In this document: positions 37,396 to 45,054 of the stretch, in pieces
Numbering within the stretch: position 1 is the first letter of the stretch
Layout: every line of letters starts with the position of its first letter
NCBI GenBank assembly: GCA_040752415.1
Contig: JBFMGU010000064.1
Location: 1 to 45,054 of the forward strand
Reading direction: 5' to 3'
Length of the DNA: 45,054 bases
Source: Myxococcota bacterium
GTDB taxonomy: Bacteria; Myxococcota; JACRCW01
The notes under the pieces: model-generated
Told to the model about the DNA's origin: nothing
The model's input: only the letters and a program-made list of their open reading frames with translations
Database searches by the model: none
Translations under genes and position numbers: made by a program

Positions 37396-39330
37396 ATGTC
37401 CTCCGCCCTCCGACTCACGCTGGCGCCGGTGCTGTTCTGCGCCGCCGCGTCGGCGTCAGCCGCGGAGCTGCGGACCGTGGTTCTCCCCCCGGAAGGCGAC
37501 AAGGTTGCCACCAAGCTGGCCGGCAGCGTGGAGCTCAACCTCGAGGACAACGAAAACATCATCCTGCTGCCCAAGGAGGACCTGCTGGACCGGCTGGACA
37601 AGCAGGACCCGTTCAGCCGCGCGCGCCTCAAGGGCGCCATGGAGGCCGCCAACGTTGACGTGCTCTTGCGGGTCTCCCGCGCCTCCGTGAAGGGGCCCAT
37701 CCTCATCACCGCCTATGACCGGGAAGGCCTCGACGTGGAGGTGGTGGAGGTGCCCGGCGTGAAGTCGCCCTCCGACGCCAAGACGGAAGGCAAGAAGGCC
37801 GCCAGCAAGGTGGCCAAGCTGCTGGACAAGTGGGAGGCCAAGCGCGCGGCACGGAAGAAGAAGGCGGACGAGGAGGAGAAGAAGAGCAAGAAGAAGGTCG
37901 TGGACGAGGACGCCACGGACTGGGATGAAGGCGCGGAGGACCTGCCGCCCCCGCCGCCCGAGGAGGAACCGGAGCCCAGCCGCTCGCGCAAGCCCGCGCG
38001 TGACACCGCCTCCGACGAGGATGCCGGCGGTGGTCGCACCATTGTGGGCTCCAGCGAGGAGGACGAGCTCCCGTTCCCCGCGGAAGTCCGCAAGCCCGCG
38101 CGCTCCGGCCGTGCCGGCACCCAGCAAACCGAGCAGGACGTGGAAGAGCTGGGCCCCGGTCCCGACGAGGACGAGGAGAAGCCCAAGGCCCGCAAGGGGG
38201 CGCGCACCTCGGAGAAGCCGAAGAAGGAATCCAAGCCCGCCCGTCGCCAGCGCCTGGATGACGAGGAGGAACAGCCCCCGGCCGAGGAGGACGAGGAGAA
38301 ACCGAAGCCCAAGCCGTCCCGCCGGGGCGCGCTGGCCGAGGCCGACAACGACAAGGCCAACGCGGACAGCCCCGCCATGGCCATCGTCAAGAACCTCTAC
38401 AGCCTGTACCAGCCCACGCCCTATCTCGTGGTCTCCCTGGGCCCCGACGTCATGCTGTGGAGCTACGCGCTCGCCGACGAGGCGTTCAACCGCAAGACCA
38501 GCGTCTGCGCTCCGGACCCCAAGCGCATCACCGCGTTCCGGGGGTGTCGTCCGCACGTGGGCGGCTCGCTGTGGTTCGAGGCGTGGCCCATCCGCTACCT
38601 CGGTATGGACAGCTCCGTGCGGCTCGCCGGCACCGTGTACTCGCCGGTGAAGAACGCCAAGGGTGAGTCGCTGACCAAGCCCGAGCAGATGGCGGCCATC
38701 CTCACGGAAGGACACGTGGCGCTGAAGGCGCGCTTCGTCCTGCACATCGGCCCCGTCCCCGGCATCGCCGCCGGCGCGCGCATCCGGCTGGGATACTCCC
38801 GTGGCGCCGTCGAGCGGCAGACGCCGTTTGTGGCCATCCCCGGCTACCACGCCGCGCAGCTGGGCTTTGGTCCGGAGTTCCACCTGCCGCTGCTGTGGCG
38901 TCGTGTCTCGTTTGACCTGCGCGGTGAGCTGATTCCCCTCGTCGCGTACCAGGAGATCAGCGGCTTCCCCACCGGGCCCACCGAGATCATCCCGGACACC
39001 ACGCTCAACAACCCTGGTCGTGAGGTGGTGGCCATGGGCTACCGCGTCGACAGCACGGTGCGCTTCACCATCGCGTACGGCGGCTTCGTGGAGTGGCGCA
39101 CGTTCTCCGAAGGGTTTGGCGCGTATTTCACGGGCACCGGTCGTCGGAAGGACGCCAACCTGCAGCGCGTTGCCGACGGGCGCGTCACCAACATCACCGT
39201 GGGCACCACCATCGCCGTGGGCTGGCTCTTCCCCGACTTCCCCGACCCCAAGAACCCGCACCCGCTCAGCGTGCCGTGGATCCTCAAGCAGACCAGCGGC
39301 AAGAAGGGCGGCGCTACATCAGGTCCTTGA
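37396..39330 (+). CDS. Secreted protein with long charged linker and probable C-terminal outer-membrane beta-barrel
   Basis: Signal peptide ending ASA-A; E/D/K/P-rich middle; alternating amphipathic strands ending TVGTTIAVGWLF. Confidence 0.65.
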   Translation: MSSALRLTLAPVLFCAAASASAAELRTVVLPPEGDKVATKLAGSVELNLEDNENIILLPKEDLLDRLDKQDPFSRARLKGAMEAANVDVLLRVSRASVKGPILITAYDREGLDVEVVEVPGVKSPSDAKTEGKKAASKVAKLLDKWEAKRAARKKKADEEEKKSKKKVVDEDATDWDEGAEDLPPPPPEEEPEPSRSRKPARDTASDEDAGGGRTIVGSSEEDELPFPAEVRKPARSGRAGTQQTEQDVEELGPGPDEDEEKPKARKGARTSEKPKKESKPARRQRLDDEEEQPPAEEDEEKPKPKPSRRGALAEADNDKANADSPAMAIVKNLYSLYQPTPYLVVSLGPDVMLWSYALADEAFNRKTSVCAPDPKRITAFRGCRPHVGGSLWFEAWPIRYLGMDSSVRLAGTVYSPVKNAKGESLTKPEQMAAILTEGHVALKARFVLHIGPVPGIAAGARIRLGYSRGAVERQTPFVAIPGYHAAQLGFGPEFHLPLLWRRVSFDLRGELIPLVAYQEISGFPTGPTEIIPDTTLNNPGREVVAMGYRVDSTVRFTIAYGGFVEWRTFSEGFGAYFTGTGRRKDANLQRVADGRVTNITVGTTIAVGWLFPDFPDPKNPHPLSVPWILKQTSGKKGGATSGP

Positions 39331-39676
39331 GTCGGTGCGCGGCGTGGCGGAGTCCCCACATCGCGCGGGGAAGCAGCGTGCCCGGCTGCGTCACGAGCAC
39401 CACGCTGTAGTTGTCCTTCACGGCGTGGATGAACGTGCTTCCCTCGTGACCCACCAGCCGGATGACGCGACACCCGACGGAGGCCGCCATGATCGGCGCG
39501 GCATGGGCACCGGCCACGTCCAGGTCGTAGGCGCCCAGCGCGGGGTCCAGCACGGCGCGCTGCACGCTTTCGCCCTCGTAGTCGACGAAGACCGCCCCGC
39601 GCGCTCCCGGCACGCTCCGGCACAGCTCCATCAGCACAGCCTGGAAGGGCACGGGCGCATTTGTATGGGAGGCCAC
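39314..39676 (-). CDS. Roadblock/LC7 (MglB/MglC-like) domain protein
   Basis: FQAVLMELCRSVPGARGAVFVDYEGESV ... YSVVLV ... LRHAAHRLKDLM; ~120 aa. Confidence 0.75.
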   Translation of the reverse strand: MASHTNAPVPFQAVLMELCRSVPGARGAVFVDYEGESVQRAVLDPALGAYDLDVAGAHAAPIMAASVGCRVIRLVGHEGSTFIHAVKDNYSVVLVTQPGTLLPRAMWGLRHAAHRLKDLM

Positions 39677-39775
39677 CCCGCGTCGTCCACGCCGGCTTGA
39701 CGGCGGGTCTGCTCTTTGTCACGGGAAGGCCCGCTCTTGGGGCTGCGGGAAAGCCCCGAATCACTGGAGGCACCC

Positions 39776-40933
39776 TTGAAGATCAGCGCTGACGCCGCCC
39801 TGGACACCCTGGCCATCCACGCCGGCCAGACCCCCGACCCCACCACCGGCGCCATCATGACGCCCGTGTACTTCACCTCGACGTACGTCCAGGAGGGGCC
39901 GGGCGGCCACAAGGGCTACGAGTACTCCCGCACCCAGAACCCCACGCGCACCGCGCTGCAGGACAACCTGGCGGCCTTGGAGGGCGGCAAGCACGGGCTC
40001 TGCTTTGCCAGCGGCCTGGCCGCGGAGACCACGCTGATGACCTGGCTGAGCGCCGGTGACCACGTGGTCTGCGGCGACGACGTCTACGGCGGCACCTTCC
40101 GCCTCTTCGACAAGGTCTTCAAGCGCCTGGGCATCTCCTTCACGTTCGTGGACCAGACGGACCTGGCCGCCACCGCCGCCGCGTTCCGTCCCAACACAAA
40201 GCTGTGCTGGGTGGAGACGCCCACCAATCCCATGCTCAAGCTCGTCGACATTGCCGCGGTGGCGGAGATGACGCACAAGGCGGGCGCCAAGCTGGTCGTC
40301 GACAACACCTTTGCCACGCCGGTGCTGCAGCGGCCGCTCTCCCTGGGCGCGGACATCGTCCTGCACAGCACCACCAAGTACCTGGGCGGGCACAGTGACG
40401 TCGTGGGCGGCGCGTTGATCATGAATGACGCCGCGCTGAAGGACCAGCTGACCTTCCTGCAGAACGCGGTGGGCGGGACGCCCGGCCCCATGGACTGCTT
40501 CCTCACCCTGCGCGGCACCAAGACGCTGCACCTGCGCATGGCCCGCCACGTCGAGAATGCCAGCGCGCTGGCCCAGTGGCTGAGCGAGCAGCCCACGGTG
40601 GAGAAGGTGATCTACCCCGGCCTCAAGAGCCACCCGCACCACGCGTTGGCGGCGCGGCAGATGAAGGGCCCCGGCGGCATGATCTCCATGGTGGTGAAGG
40701 GCGGCCTGGACAAGGCGGTGCGCGTGCTCAAGGCCACCCGCATCTTTGCCTGCGCCGAGAGCCTGGGTGGCGTGGAGAGCCTGATTGAGCACCCCGCCAT
40801 CATGACCCACGCCTCCGTGCCCCCGGAGAACCGTCGGAAGCTGGGCATTGATGACGGGCTCATCCGGCTGAGCGTGGGCGTGGAAGCCCTGGATGACCTC
40901 AAGAAGGACCTGGCCCAGGCCCTGGCGGCCTGA
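39776..40933 (+). CDS. metB: Cystathionine gamma-synthase / gamma-lyase (Cys/Met PLP-dependent family)
   Basis: YEYSRTQNPTR, FASGLAA, ETPTNP, VVDNTFATP, PLP lysine in HSTTKYLGGHSD, AESLGGVESL; GGAGG before TTG 39776; synthase vs lyase not resolvable by eye. Confidence 0.85.
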   Translation: MKISADAALDTLAIHAGQTPDPTTGAIMTPVYFTSTYVQEGPGGHKGYEYSRTQNPTRTALQDNLAALEGGKHGLCFASGLAAETTLMTWLSAGDHVVCGDDVYGGTFRLFDKVFKRLGISFTFVDQTDLAATAAAFRPNTKLCWVETPTNPMLKLVDIAAVAEMTHKAGAKLVVDNTFATPVLQRPLSLGADIVLHSTTKYLGGHSDVVGGALIMNDAALKDQLTFLQNAVGGTPGPMDCFLTLRGTKTLHLRMARHVENASALAQWLSEQPTVEKVIYPGLKSHPHHALAARQMKGPGGMISMVVKGGLDKAVRVLKATRIFACAESLGGVESLIEHPAIMTHASVPPENRRKLGIDDGLIRLSVGVEALDDLKKDLAQALAA

Positions 40934-41024
40934 GGGCCGCGCGTTCATTGCGCCCCCGCCGCCCGGCGGGCGATAACGGCGGGTCAGGGCGGCATGTTCC
41001 GTCCTTCAAGAGGGAGACCCGCCC

Positions 41025-42926
41025 ATGGCCAACGCAGAGCAGGCATCCACTGCGCTCGCCCGTCGCAAGCGGACCGGTGAGGTGCCGCAGGTGGAGGTCC
41101 CCGCGGAGGGGTCTCGTCGCCGTCGCACCGCCGAGCTCACGCCGGTGGACCCGGTCACGGAGGTCATCAGCCTCAAGGAGCAGGTGGCCGCGTTGGAGGC
41201 CGCGCTCGCCGTCAAGGACCGTCGCATCCAGGCCATGAAGGAGATTGGCCGCTCGCTGTCCGGCTCCCTCAACCTCGACGAGGTGCTGGTGCTCATCATG
41301 CGCCACGTCACCGACCTGCTGGAGGCGGACCGCAGCACCCTCTACGTGCTGGAACCCAAGAGCAAGGAACTGTGGAGCAAGGTCATCCAGGGCGACGGCG
41401 TGCAGGAGATCCGCATGCCTGTGGGTGTGGGCGTTGCCGGCTGGGTGGCCAAGACCGGCCAGCTGCTCAACCTGCGCGACGTCTACTCAGACAAGCGCTT
41501 CAACCAGTCCATCGACAAACGCACCGGCTACCGCACCGAGAACATGGTGGCCATTCCCATGCGCGACCATCGCGGTCGGATCCTGGGCGTGATCCAGGCG
41601 CTCAACAAGAAGACCGGCAACGGCTTCACCGACGAGGACGAGCGCATGCTGGAGGCCATTGCCTCCACCGCGGCCACCGCCATCGAGAACGCGGTGCTCT
41701 ACGAGCAGGCCCTCAAGCAGAACGAGAACCTGGGACGCACGCAGGACGAGCTGAGCCGCAAGTTGGCGGAGCAGGACCTGCTGTTCGAGTTCACCCAGTC
41801 GCTGGTCAAGGCGCGCGACACCAAGCAGATCATCGAGGCGGTGCTGATGCGCTCCGCGGGTCTGACCGGCGCGGAAGCGGCCATGCTGCTGGCGTTGGAC
41901 GGTCCCTCCGCGCTCCTGCACGTGCTGCACGCCACAGCCGGCCCCAGCACCAACCCGCTCCTCACCATCGGCTCCGACCCCAGCGACGGACTGGTGGGCT
42001 GGGTGGCCACGCACATGGAGCCGGTGGTGGTGGCCGACGCCGCCAAGGACAAGCGCTCCTCGAAGTCCCTGGCGAAGAAAGTGGAGCTCAACGTGAAGAC
42101 GTTCGTGGGCGTCCCCCTCATCGCCTCCGACGGTTCCTCCATGGGCTCCCTGGCGCTGGTGAACCGTCACGGCGGATTCACCGAGGAGCACGTGGTGATG
42201 CTGACCATGCTCGGCAACCAGTCCGCCAAGGCCATTGAGGCAGCGCGCATCAAGGAGCAGGACCAGAACGCGCAGCGCCTGCAGACCATTGGCCAGATGC
42301 TCTCCGGCGTGGTGCATGACTTCAAGACGCCCATGACCATCATCAGCGGCTACGTGCAGCTCATGGTGAACAGCAACGCGCAGGAGGAGCGGGAGGAGTT
42401 CGCGGAGCTGACGCTGAAGCAGTTCGAGAACCTCTCGCAGATGACGCGCGACCTGCTCCAGTTCGCCCGTGGCGAGGTGGAGGTCCTGCTGCGCAAGGTC
42501 TACCTCCAGCACTTCATCACGGAGATGGAGGAGCTCCTGCGCCGCATCTTCGACGGCAGCGGCGTGGAGCTGGTGGTGGAAGCGAAATTCAAGGGCACCG
42601 TGCGCATGGACCAGACGCGCATGACCCGCGTGGTGACCAACATTGCGCGCAACGCCAAGGAGGCCATGCCGGACGGTGGCAAGTTCACCTTCACGGTGCA
42701 GCAGTCCGGCGACAGCGTGCAGCTCGTCTTCGCCGACAATGGCCCCGGCATTGCCGAGGAGCTGGAAGGCCGCCTGTTCCAGGAGTTCGCCACGCACGGC
42801 AAGGCGGATGGAACGGGTCTGGGTCTCGCCGTGGTCAAGCGCATCGTGCAGGAGCACCACGGCGACATCACCTACGAGAGCAAGCGCGGCAAAGGCACCA
42901 CCTTCACGGTGCGACTGCCCCTCTGA
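41025..42926 (+). CDS. Cytoplasmic GAF-GAF sensor histidine kinase
   Basis: Two GAF domains (ADRSTLY..GVAGWVA..NKK..FTDEDE); H-box VVHDFKTPM; N-box NIARNA; DNGPGI; GTGLGL. Confidence 0.93.
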   Translation: MANAEQASTALARRKRTGEVPQVEVPAEGSRRRRTAELTPVDPVTEVISLKEQVAALEAALAVKDRRIQAMKEIGRSLSGSLNLDEVLVLIMRHVTDLLEADRSTLYVLEPKSKELWSKVIQGDGVQEIRMPVGVGVAGWVAKTGQLLNLRDVYSDKRFNQSIDKRTGYRTENMVAIPMRDHRGRILGVIQALNKKTGNGFTDEDERMLEAIASTAATAIENAVLYEQALKQNENLGRTQDELSRKLAEQDLLFEFTQSLVKARDTKQIIEAVLMRSAGLTGAEAAMLLALDGPSALLHVLHATAGPSTNPLLTIGSDPSDGLVGWVATHMEPVVVADAAKDKRSSKSLAKKVELNVKTFVGVPLIASDGSSMGSLALVNRHGGFTEEHVVMLTMLGNQSAKAIEAARIKEQDQNAQRLQTIGQMLSGVVHDFKTPMTIISGYVQLMVNSNAQEEREEFAELTLKQFENLSQMTRDLLQFARGEVEVLLRKVYLQHFITEMEELLRRIFDGSGVELVVEAKFKGTVRMDQTRMTRVVTNIARNAKEAMPDGGKFTFTVQQSGDSVQLVFADNGPGIAEELEGRLFQEFATHGKADGTGLGLAVVKRIVQEHHGDITYESKRGKGTTFTVRLPL

Positions 42927-42947
42927 GCCGCGGGATCAGAATCGAGC

Positions 42948-44156
42948 ATGGCGTCGGGCCGACCGGACATTGCGGAGCTGGAGGAGCTGGTGGCCCGGGG
43001 CCGCCACGCCGAGGCCCTGGAGGGCTACCAGAAGCTGCTGCAGGCCCGCCCCAATGACCCGCTGTTGCGCGCGCGCGTGGAGATGCTGAAGGACGCCGCG
43101 GCCAACGCACCGGAGCGCCCGCGCGACAACCGCGAGACGCTGGCCGCCTACGTCGTGACGCAGGAGGAGGTGGCGGACAACTACGTGCGCGCCGGCCGCT
43201 ATGACGACGCGTTGCTCCTCCTGGAGCGCCTCCTGGCGCAGCGGCCGCAGGATCGCGCGCTTGCGGAGAAGGTGGAGCGCGTGCAGCGGCTGCGCGCGGC
43301 GTCGTCGCCGTCACGCATGCTCTCCCCGCGCGACCAGCCCACCGAGATTGGCGAGGTCACGTCTCCGGAATCGGAGCTGCCCAGTCCTCCGCCCTCGCGC
43401 GCGCCCCCCCGACCTGCCTCCCGGGTGGGCCCAGGCAACGGGCCGGCCACGGGCGCGCGCGTGGTTCCCGTGGCGAGCCCTCCGCCGCGCACCGGGGCGT
43501 TTGGCGTGCCCAAGTCCGTGCCCGGTGGTCTGCCGCGCCCCGCGTCGTCTGCGGTGCCGCCGCCGCGGCCTCCCACGCGTCCGGTCACGTCGTCGACGCC
43601 ACCCGCGCCGCAGCGTCCCGGCACGGACCCGGTGGCCGCCGCCGCGGCGTCCCTCAACAACGCGCGCGAGCCTTCCGCGCCCACCACACCCGTCATCACC
43701 GACGAGGTCCCCGCGGGCGGAGAACGCACGCAGCTGGCTCCGCCGCCGGAGCCGGTGCGACGGAACCGGACGCAGGCGAAGGTGCAGGAGTCGCGCGGGG
43801 ATGCCACGCTGGTGGCGCCGCCGCCGGAGCGCCCGGAGCTGGGCGCCACGGAGCCCGGAGACGACGGCACCACCGACGGCGCGCTCAACATGCCGGTTTC
43901 CGAGATGACCCAGCGCAACCCGGTCATCAAGACGGACCCGGACCAGCTGCGCGCCGCCAGTGATGACGAGGGCAAGACGCTCCTGGCCCCGCCCCCGGAA
44001 GGCCTGGCCGCCGCGCTGTCCGACGGTCACGACGACGGAAGCGGTTTTGCCGACGGCGCGGGTGCGGACTCCATCAGCGGGGAGCCCACGCTGTTGGGGC
44101 CGCCGCCCACTGCCGCGTCGCGGAGCGGGAGGAGCAAGCGCCGCCCGCCGCGCTGA
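42948..44156 (+). CDS. TPR protein with long Pro-rich disordered tail
   Basis: Two TPR-like units (GRHAEALEGYQKLLQARPND; GRYDDALLLLERLLAQRPQD); repeated TxxAPPP motifs. Confidence 0.7.
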   Translation: MASGRPDIAELEELVARGRHAEALEGYQKLLQARPNDPLLRARVEMLKDAAANAPERPRDNRETLAAYVVTQEEVADNYVRAGRYDDALLLLERLLAQRPQDRALAEKVERVQRLRAASSPSRMLSPRDQPTEIGEVTSPESELPSPPPSRAPPRPASRVGPGNGPATGARVVPVASPPPRTGAFGVPKSVPGGLPRPASSAVPPPRPPTRPVTSSTPPAPQRPGTDPVAAAAASLNNAREPSAPTTPVITDEVPAGGERTQLAPPPEPVRRNRTQAKVQESRGDATLVAPPPERPELGATEPGDDGTTDGALNMPVSEMTQRNPVIKTDPDQLRAASDDEGKTLLAPPPEGLAAALSDGHDDGSGFADGAGADSISGEPTLLGPPPTAASRSGRSKRRPPR

Positions 44157-44158
44157 GG

Positions 44159-45054
44159 TCAGGCCTGGAAGTTGGGCTTGCGGTCGAAGTGGTGCTCCGA
44201 CTCCACCCAGCGGATGGTCCCTGACAGGGAGCGCATCACGACGCTGTGGGTGAACCCGCCGTTCGAGAAATAGCGGACGCCCTTGAAGAAGTCGCCGCTG
44301 GTGACGCCGGTGGCGGCAAAGAGCACGTCGCCCTTGGCCAGCTCCTCGATCTTGTAGATGCGGTCCACTTCCGCGATGCCCATGCGGTGACAGCGCTCAA
44401 CCTCCTCGCTGTTGCGGGGACGGAGCTGACCCTGGAAGTCGCCCCCCAGGCAGCGCAGCGCGGCGGCGGCAATCACGCCCTCGGGCGCGCCGCCAATGCC
44501 AAACAGCACGTCCACGCCGCTGTCCTCCTTGCAGGTGGCCAGGGCCGCGGCAATGTCGCCGTCGCGGATGAGCTTGATGCGCGCGCCGGCCTTGCGGACC
44601 TCGTCAATGAGCTTCTTGTGGCGGTCGCGGTCCAGGATCATGGCGGTGAGGTCTTCCACGTACACGCCCTTGGCGTCGGCAATGGCGCGCAGGTTCTCGG
44701 TGGGGCTGCGGCTGAGGTCGATGACGCCGCGCGCCTTGGGGCCCACGGCGATCTTGTTCATGTACGTGTCGGGGGCGTGGAGGAAGCAGCCCTTGGCGGC
44801 CATGGCCACCACGCTGATGGCGTTGGGCTCACCAAAGGCGCACAGGTTGGTGCCCTCCAGCGGATCCACCGCAATATCCACCTCGGGATCCTCGGCGTGG
44901 CTCCGACCGACCTTCTCGCCAATGAAGAGCATGGGCGCCTGGTCGCGCTCGCCCTCGCCAATCACCACGGTGCCGCGGATCTGCAGGGAGTCGAACGCCT
45001 TGCGCATGGCGTCCACGGCCAGCTGGTCGGCACCCTTGCGGTCCCCGCGACCCA
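44159..45054 (-). CDS. glpX: Class II fructose-1,6-bisphosphatase, 5'-truncated by the window edge
   Basis: GTVVIGEGERDQAPML, AVDPLEGT, APDTYM, GIGGAPEGV, FAATGVT. Confidence 0.97.
   Translation of the reverse strand, partial: GRGDRKGADQLAVDAMRKAFDSLQIRGTVVIGEGERDQAPMLFIGEKVGRSHAEDPEVDIAVDPLEGTNLCAFGEPNAISVVAMAAKGCFLHAPDTYMNKIAVGPKARGVIDLSRSPTENLRAIADAKGVYVEDLTAMILDRDRHKKLIDEVRKAGARIKLIRDGDIAAALATCKEDSGVDVLFGIGGAPEGVIAAAALRCLGGDFQGQLRPRNSEEVERCHRMGIAEVDRIYKIEELAKGDVLFAATGVTSGDFFKGVRYFSNGGFTHSVVMRSLSGTIRWVESEHHFDRKPNFQA

Overview
High-GC bacterial chromosomal window, most likely Myxococcota. This is inferred from MYXO-CTERM tails, the mts-like cohesion genes, DUF4388/roadblock/TPR proteins and many Cys-rich lipoproteins. 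Housekeeping genes lie at both ends: rho and acylphosphatase on the left; sppA-ihfB-HIT, a CinA-like gene, tRNA-Thr(CGT), a cystathionine gamma-synthase/lyase, a GAF histidine kinase and glpX on the right. The ~23 kb between them is a cell-surface region. Its minus strand carries an mts-like cell-cohesion locus: a thrombospondin type-3 repeat MYXO-CTERM protein, three VWA/Ca-repeat lipoproteins and a PPC/Cys-rich lipoprotein. A plus-strand block splits this locus and carries three tandem secreted CotH-family atypical kinases, each with a poly-Ser stalk and a MYXO-CTERM-like anchor. This pairing is the best candidate for an undescribed system (surface protein phosphorylation beside Ca-binding adhesins). 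Intergenic features include a ~250 bp four-motif hairpin element, a triplet of palindromic operator-like sites and other inverted repeats. No CRISPR array, integrase or transposase was seen. All family assignments are by-eye motif recognition, not database searches.
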